Source of the DNA: Anaeroplasma bactoclasticum
GTDB lineage: Bacteria; Bacillota_I; Bacilli_A; ML615J-28; CAG-313
Length of the DNA: 64,000 bases
NCBI GenBank assembly: GCA_023667245.1
Contig: JAMPAL010000001.1
Coordinates: forward strand, 1,317 to 65,316
Direction of reading: 5' to 3'
Part shown: in pieces, positions 29,734 through 38,582 of the stretch
Numbering within the stretch: the first letter of the stretch is position 1
How the letters are laid out: each line of letters opens with the position of its first letter
Translations under genes and position numbers: made by a program
Notes under the pieces: generated by a model
What the model saw: only the letters and a program-made list of their open reading frames with translations
What the model was told of the DNA's origin: nothing
Database searches by the model: none

Positions 29734-30693
29734 TTATTTCTTTTCCTCTACTTGGTCTTGAAAGTAACCTGCTACACCAATCATAGCTGCATTATCGGTA
29801 CAGTTTTTAAAAGAAGGAACAGTAAATAGAATCCCCAATGCATCCATCTCCTCTTTCATCTTGACACGTAATCCTTGATTTGCTGCTACACCACCAGCAA
29901 GCAATACTTGTTTGGCTTGATACGCTTTTGCTGCCTTTACTGTTTTAGATACCAATACATCGATTACTGCATCTTGAAAACTTGCTGCAAGGTCATTGTA
30001 ATCTAAGATTTCCCCTCTTGATTGATATTTATGATGCAGATTAATAACAGCCGATTTCAAACCTGAAAAACTAAAATCGTAACTATCTTTTGATAATTTA
30101 ACATGCGGAAGAGGATAAGATGGTTTTCCTAAATGGGCCATTTTATCTAAAATAGGACCACCAGGATACCCCACTTCAACTACTCTAGCGACTTTATCAT
30201 ATGCTTCCCCTACCGCGTCATCTAGTGTCTCTCCTAAGATTTCAAAAGAAAAATGTTCTTTCATCAAAACAAGTTCTGTGTGTCCACCAGAAACAACTAA
30301 TGCAATCAGTGGAAAAGTAAAATCATGTTCTAAATAATTGGCATAAATATGACCATGAATGTGATTGACCATAATGACTGGTAAATCATATGCAAGACCA
30401 ATGGTTTTGGCCGCATTCACCCCTACCATCAAAGATCCAATTAAACCAGGCTCAGCGGTAACTGCAATCTTATCGATATCAGTATAGTCTAATCCAGCTT
30501 CTTTCATCGCCGCATCTATCACATAAGTAATCTTTTCAATATGTCTACGACTAGCCACTTCTGGCACAACACCACCATACAATTTGTGTATCTCAATTTG
30601 CGTATATACAACGTTGCACCATACTTTTTGACCATCTTCTACAATGGCCACACTAGTTTCATCGCAACTAGATTCAATTGCTAATATTTTCAT
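29734..30693 (-). CDS. tsaD: tRNA N6-adenosine threonylcarbamoyltransferase TsaD
   Basis: ILAIESSCDETS, metal-binding HIHGH, VSGGHT. Confidence 0.95.
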   Translation of the reverse strand: MKILAIESSCDETSVAIVEDGQKVWCNVVYTQIEIHKLYGGVVPEVASRRHIEKITYVIDAAMKEAGLDYTDIDKIAVTAEPGLIGSLMVGVNAAKTIGLAYDLPVIMVNHIHGHIYANYLEHDFTFPLIALVVSGGHTELVLMKEHFSFEILGETLDDAVGEAYDKVARVVEVGYPGGPILDKMAHLGKPSYPLPHVKLSKDSYDFSFSGLKSAVINLHHKYQSRGEILDYNDLAASFQDAVIDVLVSKTVKAAKAYQAKQVLLAGGVAANQGLRVKMKEEMDALGILFTVPSFKNCTDNAAMIGVAGYFQDQVEEKK

Positions 30694-31145
30694 ATATACT
30701 CCTTCAATAAAAGTAACGCATCTTCCTGATTTTGATAATAAGCGAGTCGTTTACCCACACAAACAAATCCATTTTTTTGATAAAAACGAATCGCCTTTTC
30801 ATTTGAAGAACGGACTTCTAGCGTAATTTTTTTCACATCTTTTAAATCTGTTACAACACAATCCCATAACAACTGGCCAAAACCTTGTCTTTGATAAGCT
30901 TCGTCAATCACAAAATTTAAGATTTCTGCTTCATGTAAAAAATAATATCTACCCATATAACCTATAACAATATGGTTGTATTCTATAACATAAAAGCACA
31001 CTCCATCCCCTTCACGATTCATTCTTTTTTGCTCTTCTTTTAAAAGGTCTTCCCCAAGGGTTTCTTTGAGATATGCCTTTTCAAGTTCTACAATGCGCTG
31101 AATATCTCTTGGTTCTAATAAACGAACATTAACCATTGATTTCAT
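30690..31145 (-). CDS. rimI: ribosomal-protein-alanine N-acetyltransferase (GNAT)
   Basis: GNAT motif A (QRQGFGQLL) and position between tsaB and tsaD. Confidence 0.85.
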   Translation of the reverse strand: MKSMVNVRLLEPRDIQRIVELEKAYLKETLGEDLLKEEQKRMNREGDGVCFYVIEYNHIVIGYMGRYYFLHEAEILNFVIDEAYQRQGFGQLLWDCVVTDLKDVKKITLEVRSSNEKAIRFYQKNGFVCVGKRLAYYQNQEDALLLLKEYI

Positions 31146-31719
31146 TTCTCAAGTAATTTGGCACATACGTAAAAACATCTTCTACTTGATAGAGCTTTTT
31201 TTCAACGATTGCCTTTACCATTTCTTTTCTATGTTCAAACGCATCTGCACTACCATCAATCATCGTATAGTCACTAAATGATTGCAATTGCTCATCAGGG
31301 CCAAATGTATCAGGTGTAGTAAAGGTGATTTCACCTTGTTGAATGCTAGCACCTTTATAATAACTATGATTTTTTTTCGCTACTATTCTCGCTAAAAAAA
31401 AGCCAGTTTCCTCAATTTTTGAAGCAAGCAATAAATCTAACGTAGAAAAACTATATAAAGGCTTATGCTTCACTAAAGCAAGGACTTTAGCCACTGTTCC
31501 AGATATCCTTACTCCTGTATAAGACCCCGGTCCTCTGCCTACTAAAATTTCATCTATGGCCTCGACTGTGATATTATTCTTTTCTAAAAATAAATGAAGG
31601 GCATCCACCAATGTCTCAGAATGGTTATTTTTCGCATTCTTCACCATCGTATCCACTACACCATCTTCATATAGACCTAAAAATAAGTCATAAGTTGAAC
31701 TATCTATTAATAATTTCAT
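31129..31719 (-). CDS. tsaB: tRNA threonylcarbamoyladenosine biosynthesis protein TsaB
   Basis: GPGSYTGVRI motif and operon context. Confidence 0.9.
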   Translation of the reverse strand: MKLLIDSSTYDLFLGLYEDGVVDTMVKNAKNNHSETLVDALHLFLEKNNITVEAIDEILVGRGPGSYTGVRISGTVAKVLALVKHKPLYSFSTLDLLLASKIEETGFFLARIVAKKNHSYYKGASIQQGEITFTTPDTFGPDEQLQSFSDYTMIDGSADAFEHRKEMVKAIVEKKLYQVEDVFTYVPNYLRNEING

Positions 31720-32185
31720 AATGTGCTCCTAAATATTTCATCAGTGATTCGTCCATATTTTTGCATTCTACCATTCTTTCACAATCAGATAATCGGTATA
31801 TATTGATATACCAGGTTTCTTCTGGTAATAAATCTTCAATAATATTGGCCCATTCAATCACGGTTAGACCTTGTTGATAAAAATACTCTTCTAATTCAAA
31901 GTCAGTAGTACTATCACTTAAACGATATACATCTAGATGATATAATTGGTGAATACCATGAATAGGTTGATGAGCCTCATACGCTTTCATGATGGTAAAA
32001 GTTGGACTATTGATGATTCGACCCACTTGAAGGGCTTGTCCAATGCCTTTGGTAAAGGTTGTTTTCCCCGCACCCAAATCACCATTTAAAGCAATGACTT
32101 GAGTAGGAAAAGCAAACTGAGTAATATCAAAAGCAAATTGTTGCATTTCTTCGATATGATGAATTTTAAATTGAATTGTTGTCAT
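31700..32185 (-). CDS. tsaE: tRNA threonylcarbamoyladenosine biosynthesis ATPase TsaE
   Basis: P-loop GDLGAGKTTFTKG and operon context. Confidence 0.9.
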   Translation of the reverse strand: MTTIQFKIHHIEEMQQFAFDITQFAFPTQVIALNGDLGAGKTTFTKGIGQALQVGRIINSPTFTIMKAYEAHQPIHGIHQLYHLDVYRLSDSTTDFELEEYFYQQGLTVIEWANIIEDLLPEETWYINIYRLSDCERMVECKNMDESLMKYLGAHYEIINR

Positions 32186-32859
32186 ATGTTTCTACTTTCT
32201 TCTATATAACAAAGGATACCTGTATAGATTGAAAAAGCAATCTGTTGTAAGTAAGTATCACTCGTTAAATGTGCTAAATCATTTGTGTTGGTTAGAAAAC
32301 CAAGTTCTACTAAACATCCTGTTTTATGGGTATGTTCTAATAGATATTTACCTGAAATTGCTTTGGCTTGTCTAGGATTACTCGGATGTAATATCCGAAG
32401 TTGTTCCATCATAATGGTTGCAAATTGTTTATTTTCATTTACTGTTGTACTATAAAATGTCTGTGCTCCTTCAACACTGCTAGCTGGATATGCATTGGCA
32501 TGAACACTGACATATAATATACAATTCGATTCATTGATCCATTTGACTCTTTTATGAATATCTTCTTTCTTAGAAGTTGAAAGTGCTTCATCTTTCGTTC
32601 TGGTCATTTTGACTTGAATACCTGTTTTTTCTAAATAGGATTGAATATAAAGACAAGTTGTCAGTGTAATATCTTTTTCTAATATGGTTTTATCCAAAGA
32701 GGTTGCTCCCCCATCAAAGCCACCATGGCCAGGGTCAAGATAAACAAGCCAAGTATTGTTTGTTATCGCATATACTTTTTGAACAACAAAACAAGCCATT
32801 ACGATCAATAAAATTGTTAAACTGATTTGTATGATTTTTCTTTTTTTCACAATAGTCAC
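32182..32859 (-). CDS. cwlD: N-acetylmuramoyl-L-alanine amidase, CwlD-like (membrane-anchored Amidase_3)
   Basis: N-terminal TM helix plus DPGHGGFDGGA, SVHANA and ELGFLTN motifs. Its 225-aa size is typical of the germination amidase CwlD. Confidence 0.75.
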   Translation of the reverse strand: MTIVKKRKIIQISLTILLIVMACFVVQKVYAITNNTWLVYLDPGHGGFDGGATSLDKTILEKDITLTTCLYIQSYLEKTGIQVKMTRTKDEALSTSKKEDIHKRVKWINESNCILYVSVHANAYPASSVEGAQTFYSTTVNENKQFATIMMEQLRILHPSNPRQAKAISGKYLLEHTHKTGCLVELGFLTNTNDLAHLTSDTYLQQIAFSIYTGILCYIEESRNI

Positions 32860-32903
32860 CAGTACTATTGTATTTATAATATGGATGGATTATGCAATTT
32901 TAT

Positions 32904-33464
32904 CTAACTTAAAAAAAGTTGATTGAGTTTCTCGTTTAATTCTTCTTGTTGTGCTTTTGTCATTTCTGGTAATACACCATTTTCATTTTTAATATGACTA
33001 TCCACAGTATTGAGATGAAATGCTACTACACGTCCTTGAATAACCTTAATCAGTGTAGGTGCATTCACCCGATTTTTTTCAGAATCCAAAATCGTTTGAA
33101 GATGACTTGCTACCAATTTAGAAAAATGGGCATAATCTTTGTCATTTTCATCATCCCTCATCTGTTTGATATCCATATAATAAATGGTTTGAATATGGTG
33201 ATTTTTTGCTTCTGTATTGAGAACACCCATTAGGGCTTGACACCAAGGACAAGCAGGGAATCCCATAATCAGATAGAAATCTTCTTCTTGCTCAAAACGC
33301 TCTATGACTTCTTCTACTTGTATGGTTTCAAAAACATGATGTTTATCCGTAAGTCCCGGGTATTCTTCTTGCATATGGCGCTTGGACGGATTGCAACTCC
33401 CTAATACAAATAGTAAAGTTCCTATTAAGGCCAAGAATACAATTGTTTCAAATCCCTTATTCAT
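32904..33464 (-). CDS. thioredoxin-fold lipoprotein
   Basis: Lipobox LGS-C and the redox motif CPWC inside a thioredoxin-like context (IMGFPACPWCQAL). Confidence 0.7.
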   Translation of the reverse strand: MNKGFETIVFLALIGTLLFVLGSCNPSKRHMQEEYPGLTDKHHVFETIQVEEVIERFEQEEDFYLIMGFPACPWCQALMGVLNTEAKNHHIQTIYYMDIKQMRDDENDKDYAHFSKLVASHLQTILDSEKNRVNAPTLIKVIQGRVVAFHLNTVDSHIKNENGVLPEMTKAQQEELNEKLNQLFLS

Positions 33465-33792
33465 CCTTCAACTCCTTGTAATTGCCAATCCATTTAGGTA
33501 GCATCTCACCAAGCGGTTGAAATCCCACCTCATACTCTGGAACACGACATCTGACTCCTCTAGTTTTATGAATTTGTTTATAACTTAATTTCACACGGTG
33601 GCTCTCTTCATCCACTTCAATCACCTTTAAACGAAGCTCCTGACCAATTTTCACAAAATCATTGATATTTTTGACATAATTATCCGAAAACTCTGAAATG
33701 TGCACAAGTCCATCATAGTCTCCGATGACTACAAAGGCTCCATAGCCTAAAATGTTGGTGATTTTACCATTCACAATATCGCCTGGTTTCAT
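33457..33792 (-). CDS. S1 RNA-binding domain protein (YabR/GSP13-like)
   Basis: Canonical S1 fold sequence GDIVNGKITNILGYGAFVVIGDYDGLVHISE. Confidence 0.85.
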   Translation of the reverse strand: MKPGDIVNGKITNILGYGAFVVIGDYDGLVHISEFSDNYVKNINDFVKIGQELRLKVIEVDEESHRVKLSYKQIHKTRGVRCRVPEYEVGFQPLGEMLPKWIGNYKELKDE

Positions 33793-33802
33793 CTTCCACC
33801 TC

Positions 33803-34042
33803 TTAGTCTTCTACAACTTCTACACCAATGACACCTGGTACTTCTTCTAATAGAAGCGCTTCTACACCATTCGTAATGGTATCATCACTAGAGGAACACC
33901 CAATACATGCCCCTAATAAACGAACATAAACAATGCCGTTTTCAAATTTCACATAATCTAAATCTCCACCATCAGCATTGAGATATGGTCTTAATTTTTT
34001 AATTGTTTGTTTGATTAATTTTTCTGTTTGTTCTTGATTCAT
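33803..34042 (-). CDS. NifU-like Fe-S cluster scaffold domain protein
   Basis: 79 aa with Nfu/NifU C-terminal domain motif GACIGCSSS. Confidence 0.85.
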   Translation of the reverse strand: MNQEQTEKLIKQTIKKLRPYLNADGGDLDYVKFENGIVYVRLLGACIGCSSSDDTITNGVEALLLEEVPGVIGVEVVED

Positions 34043-34120
34043 AATACTTCACCTATTTTCTATCTTATTATACACCATTTTGTTTATTTTAGGTTAAAAT
34101 TTGTTACATATTTTCATTTT

Positions 34121-34759
34121 TTATTGTGGTAGAGCTTCGATGGTACCATTCCCACTATAATAGTAGTAAGGAATTTCACCTTGAACCACTTGTGAAACAA
34201 GAAGAATGTGTGTAACATAATCGACTTTTTCTTTTTTTAGGGGAATCATAGTATCTACAAAAATTTCAATTTTTAAGTAAATTTCTAATAACATATTGTT
34301 GATGCCTAGTGATTTACTCTTGGTACAAATATCACTTTTATAAGCGCTAATAGGTAGTACCCGAATGGGTATACTAGGTCCAATAGTGGTGAATAACGAT
34401 TTAGATAATAACAATCCTAGTGGCAACTCAATGTGTGTAATGGATTCCTCCACCACACCTTGGTCTAGCAATTTGCCAATAGTTTGGTTGGTTTCAATTA
34501 AGATTTGATTGGTAATGTCACTATTAATATAAATGCTTTTAATGGTGTTACTTTCATCTTTGATATAGGTAACCAATTGTTGATTATTCATATACTTTTG
34601 CGTAGGTTCTAATATGGCATTTGTCACTACATCTGTTAATTTCTTTTGAATGGCTTGTTCTAAATAAGCTGAAGAACGTACACTAAAATAATTATCCGCC
34701 ATAGCAAGTAGTGCTATGGGCAAAACGACAAGAAGAATCAATAGAACTAGTTTTTTCAT
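34121..34759 (-). CDS. yunB: sporulation protein YunB
   Basis: N-terminal TM helix. The C-terminal half aligns by eye to B. subtilis YunB (GPSIPIRV...LGINNMLLEIYLKIEI...VVQGEIPYYYYSGNG). I chose the ATG at 34759, 6 nt after GAGGTG. Confidence 0.75.
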   Translation of the reverse strand: MKKLVLLILLVVLPIALLAMADNYFSVRSSAYLEQAIQKKLTDVVTNAILEPTQKYMNNQQLVTYIKDESNTIKSIYINSDITNQILIETNQTIGKLLDQGVVEESITHIELPLGLLLSKSLFTTIGPSIPIRVLPISAYKSDICTKSKSLGINNMLLEIYLKIEIFVDTMIPLKKEKVDYVTHILLVSQVVQGEIPYYYYSGNGTIEALPQ

Positions 34760-34863
34760 CACAAACACCTCTTCTATTATATATATGTAATAGATGTATT
34801 CATCATGAAAAAAAGTCTGTTCATTTTTCTTTTTGTTACATATATCATTAAAGTATACTCAAA

Positions 34864-34891
34864 CAAAAAAGAATGTAGATAGCTACATTCT
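34864..34891 (-). terminator. intrinsic terminator after ispDF
   Basis: On the minus strand: GAATGTAG-CTAT-CTACATTC followed by TTTTTT. Confidence 0.75.
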
Positions 34892-34909
34892 CTTTTACAC
34901 AAAATAGAT

Positions 34910-36052
34910 TTAATTGCTTTTTCGAATCAAGACTACTGCCTCACTAGCGACACCTAATCCACTGCCAATTAACCCTTGTTTTTCCAAAGTAGTTGCCTTC
35001 ACATTTACATAAGCGGCATGCGTGAGCGCTTTGATATGATTGGCCATTAAAATTTTATGTTCTTTTAAATTGGGTTTTTCTAAATAAACGATAACATCTA
35101 AGTTTTCTACAACATAGCCTTCCATACGCACTTCTTTCATTACTTCTTCAATAAAATAACTAGAATCCATATTTAAAAAAGTATCATCTGTATCTGGAAA
35201 TAAAGTGCCTAAATCACCAAGTCCTAGAGCCCCCATAATGGACTCAGCTACAACGTGGTAGACAACATCCGCATCACTATGTCCTTTTAGTCCCCAAGGC
35301 GTGTCAAATTGTACACCACCTAGTATCAGTTTTCTTGTTTTATCAATCGGATGAAAATCAAAAGAATGCCCCACTTTATACTGATTGCGATGTGTCAAAT
35401 AATAAGTCACTAAATCCATATCTTCTATTGTGGTCACTTTTAGATTAGGTCTTGATTCTTCTACAAAAGCAACAGGTAGTTGTTGTTCAAATAGACGAAT
35501 TTCATCTGTAATTTCTACGGGTGAAATATCCGCATAAATGATATCAGAAAATAAATCACTTCGAAAAAATTGTGGTGTTGAAACTGCCTTTAGCGCTTCT
35601 CTTGCAATTGTTTTTACACCAATTGTGGTATCTTTTACTGTATCATATACTTTATGATATAACGTACCACATGCATATCGTTCCATTTGTTCCATCAAGT
35701 GATTGATATCTTCAACTTGAATCATCGGTCTTGCGGCATCATGAATCAAAACAAAATCAGCATCGACTTCTTGTAATGCCTTTTGTACACTTTCAAAACG
35801 AGTAGCCCCACCTTCTACAAATGTAACTTGCTCATCGTCATAGTTTTGATATACAATTGACTCAATTTCTTCTCTTATATCAGATGAAACGGGTATATAT
35901 ATATGTTGAATAGCAGGATGATTTATCAATACATCTAGACTATACATAAAAAGAGGTTTTTGATGTACTTGATACAGTAATTTATTTTCGCTATGGCAAA
36001 AACGTTCACTTTTTCCTGCCATCAACAAAATGGCACTAATGGTTGGATTCAT
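34910..36052 (-). CDS. ispDF: bifunctional MEP cytidylyltransferase / MEcPP synthase IspDF
   Basis: The N-terminal IspD part carries LLMAGKSERF. The C-terminal IspF part carries GHSFDFH and GHSDADVVYH. Confidence 0.95.
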   Translation of the reverse strand: MNPTISAILLMAGKSERFCHSENKLLYQVHQKPLFMYSLDVLINHPAIQHIYIPVSSDIREEIESIVYQNYDDEQVTFVEGGATRFESVQKALQEVDADFVLIHDAARPMIQVEDINHLMEQMERYACGTLYHKVYDTVKDTTIGVKTIAREALKAVSTPQFFRSDLFSDIIYADISPVEITDEIRLFEQQLPVAFVEESRPNLKVTTIEDMDLVTYYLTHRNQYKVGHSFDFHPIDKTRKLILGGVQFDTPWGLKGHSDADVVYHVVAESIMGALGLGDLGTLFPDTDDTFLNMDSSYFIEEVMKEVRMEGYVVENLDVIVYLEKPNLKEHKILMANHIKALTHAAYVNVKATTLEKQGLIGSGLGVASEAVVLIRKSN

Positions 36053-37256
36053 GTTGTTCTCCTAACACGACATTCAAAATAGACATCGTTTTTTCTAACT
36101 TTGATTGAATATTTCTAGAAGCAAGGGCTTGAATCTGATCTATGTTTTCTTCTTTATGAAGCGTCATTTTTCGTTTTTCTTGTGTATTTACTCCACCAAT
36201 ACGAATAATAGACAGTAAACCATAATCTTTTCGCATATAGATGGAATCTTCTTCTACTGTATAATACGTATCCGCAATCAATAAGCGGTATTTTAATTTC
36301 GTAATAGAAAGGCTATTGACTGTTTCAGCTTGTTCTAAATAAGCATTTACATCTTCTGGATGGATATGTGAAAAAATTTCTTCAAACACATATTCCTTTT
36401 TGTCCGTTTTGGTGTAAGTACGCATACAATCTGTTGCAACATATACTGCATTTTGATAATCATAATACAAGACAACTCCCTCAGACATACTCATCAACAT
36501 ATCCAATTGCAAATATGCATCTTCCAAATTGGTACATGCTGATTTAACTAGTCCTTTTAGTTTTTCTACTACATTCATATTATCACGATAAAAATAAACA
36601 TTTCTTGCGACAAGTGTATTTTTTCGATAAACTGGTTGAATGATGCCTTCATATCGAATACATTCTGTTTCTAACTGTTTATCTTGGACCATATTTTCTA
36701 CTTCCATACTGAAACGATACACATTGTGTTTACTATTGCACTCTTTGAATTCGGATAAGAATCCCGCAACATTATTGAGACTAAATTCTTGTTTATTGAG
36801 GGTTCGGATATTCAAATTATCAAAAATAAACTTCCAACCTCGATGATGTAGGATCTCTTTTTTGGATAATTTTGTCAGTTTTAAAATAGAACCACTGCAA
36901 TCAATGACACGATCTTTTGCATTCATCTGCACATAAAAATCATATTCGTTATTTTTAATATATTCTGTTGTTTTTTCATAAATGACCTTGTGGGTATATA
37001 ATAAAAGCGAAAAATCAAACAAACTATATAACAATACCAAACTATCTAACACCAAAACTAAGATAATCCAAACTCGAGTAAATGTAGGAATGAACATTCC
37101 CCCTAGTAATAGAAAAAAAGAAAGTACACCATCTATTACTTGCTTATTTTCTAACAAACAGACTTTCATGGTATCCAACACCAAAACAAATACCAAGATA
37201 ATGACCAAAAATAAAATTTGCGTTGGCTCAAAATGAGCAAATATAGCTAAGCTCAT
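36036..37256 (-). CDS. hypothetical membrane protein with two PAS-like cytoplasmic modules and no output domain
   Basis: 406 aa. There are 3 N-terminal TM helices and then two segments with PAS-like patterns (VIDCSGSILKLTKLSKKEILHHRGW...; VVLYYDYQNAVYVATDCMRTY...HIHPEDVNAYL...KYRLL). The gene is translationally coupled between cdaA and ispDF. Confidence 0.6.
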   Translation of the reverse strand: MSLAIFAHFEPTQILFLVIILVFVLVLDTMKVCLLENKQVIDGVLSFFLLLGGMFIPTFTRVWIILVLVLDSLVLLYSLFDFSLLLYTHKVIYEKTTEYIKNNEYDFYVQMNAKDRVIDCSGSILKLTKLSKKEILHHRGWKFIFDNLNIRTLNKQEFSLNNVAGFLSEFKECNSKHNVYRFSMEVENMVQDKQLETECIRYEGIIQPVYRKNTLVARNVYFYRDNMNVVEKLKGLVKSACTNLEDAYLQLDMLMSMSEGVVLYYDYQNAVYVATDCMRTYTKTDKKEYVFEEIFSHIHPEDVNAYLEQAETVNSLSITKLKYRLLIADTYYTVEEDSIYMRKDYGLLSIIRIGGVNTQEKRKMTLHKEENIDQIQALASRNIQSKLEKTMSILNVVLGEQHESNH

Positions 37257-37261
37257 ATCTG

Positions 37262-38050
37262 TTACTCCTTTACAATTAAGTGTTGTTCTAATAGTGTTCT
37301 TAATCCTTCTAATGATAATTTGCCTGTGATAGTACCACCGATTGTATTGGCTACTTGCCCAGTTTCTTCTGAAACAACAATAGTAAATGCATCACTTTGT
37401 TCACTAATACCTATTGCGGCACGATGCCTTGAACCATAATGCTGAGGTATATCTTTCTTTTGACTTGGTTGGAAAAATGCACTTGCACATTTAATTCTGT
37501 CTCCTCTAATGATTACAGCACCATCATGTAATGCGGTATTGGGGTGAAAAATGGACTCTAATAATTCAAATGTGATTTCCGCATCTAATTCGACTGCACC
37601 TTCAATCAAATTATTCAATGTATGCTCTTTTTCAATTGTAATAATGGCACCAATTCTTCTACTACTCAAATAATCCACTGACTTAATCAGCGTATCAATA
37701 ATCAGCGTCTTTGTATCTTCATTGGTTAAAAACTGCTTGGTTTCTTTTTTTTCTGTCTTTAAAGTCGCATGGGTTTTATACTCAGGTATGTAAAATACGA
37801 ACGTATAAATGGTAGTTAAAATAAACATTGCTGCACTAATATAATATCCTAGTTTCAATCCCATTACTAAACAAATGACAAATAAAACTAAAATTGCTAA
37901 ATAGATGACAATCATCGCTTTTGATTGAACATGTCGGCATAAAAAGTGAATCAATAATGCCAATCCAAAAACAAGTATGACCATTTCAATGGCGAAACTA
38001 ATATAGCCATAACCAAGCGATTCTATATATTTTTGTATAGTTTCAATCAT
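37262..38050 (-). CDS. cdaA: diadenylate cyclase CdaA (membrane-bound c-di-AMP synthase)
   Basis: 3 TM helices plus a DAC domain (DGAVIIRGDRI, GSRHRAAIGISEQSDAFTIVVSEETG). I chose the ATG at 38050, 1 nt after the ankyrin gene stop. The tracked ORF runs to 38131. Confidence 0.9.
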   Translation of the reverse strand: MIETIQKYIESLGYGYISFAIEMVILVFGLALLIHFLCRHVQSKAMIVIYLAILVLFVICLVMGLKLGYYISAAMFILTTIYTFVFYIPEYKTHATLKTEKKETKQFLTNEDTKTLIIDTLIKSVDYLSSRRIGAIITIEKEHTLNNLIEGAVELDAEITFELLESIFHPNTALHDGAVIIRGDRIKCASAFFQPSQKKDIPQHYGSRHRAAIGISEQSDAFTIVVSEETGQVANTIGGTITGKLSLEGLRTLLEQHLIVKE

Positions 38051-38051
38051 G

Positions 38052-38582
38052 TTATCGTTCTTCTCCTTTTTTCTTATAAATTGCTTTTTCCAAAAATGAA
38101 ACAATATTTTGATTTTTTTCATCTTTGGCATAATCCATTACGGATAAATTTTTTTCATCTACTAAAAGCACATCGGCTCCTAGTGCTATCAATGTTTTAA
38201 TCATTTTCTCATCCCCCAAAATAACGGCTCTGTGTAGCGGTGTTTGTTCAAACTCTCCAGGTATATCAATGTCTGCGCCAGAGTAAACCAAATATTTAAC
38301 TGCTTTTCGGTTATTTTTTTCCACAGCTAAATGCATAGGACTCACAAAATGGTCATCACACAAATTGGGATTGCTTCCCCTTTCTATTAAAAAGGGAAGC
38401 AATTTGGAATGGTTTTTTTCAATGATATAGTGAAGCAATGTTTTGCCTTGATCATACTTCATATTTAAATCTAGTTCTTTTTGTAGCATTTTTTTGACTT
38501 GCTTTTTATAATATCGCGTTGTTTTTTGTGTGTTTTTGATTTCCTGAATAAAAACAATCGCTTCCGTTTTACTTATGCTCAT
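38052..38582 (-). CDS. ankyrin-repeat protein
   Basis: 176 aa with at least 3 ANK repeats (GKTLLHYIIEKNHSKLLPFLIERGSNPN; VSPMHLAVEKNNRKAVKYLVYSGADID; QTPLHRAVILGDEKMIKTLIALGADV). Its ATG overlaps the giant gene's TGA (ATGA). Confidence 0.85.
   Translation of the reverse strand: MSISKTEAIVFIQEIKNTQKTTRYYKKQVKKMLQKELDLNMKYDQGKTLLHYIIEKNHSKLLPFLIERGSNPNLCDDHFVSPMHLAVEKNNRKAVKYLVYSGADIDIPGEFEQTPLHRAVILGDEKMIKTLIALGADVLLVDEKNLSVMDYAKDEKNQNIVSFLEKAIYKKKGEER

Noticed and set aside
34805-34882. A 25-codon plus-strand ORF (MKKSLFIFLFVTYIIKVYSNKKECR) in the yunB/ispDF intergenic region.
   Set aside because: It has no RBS and runs into the ispDF terminator hairpin. It most likely reflects the AT-rich promoter region of yunB.
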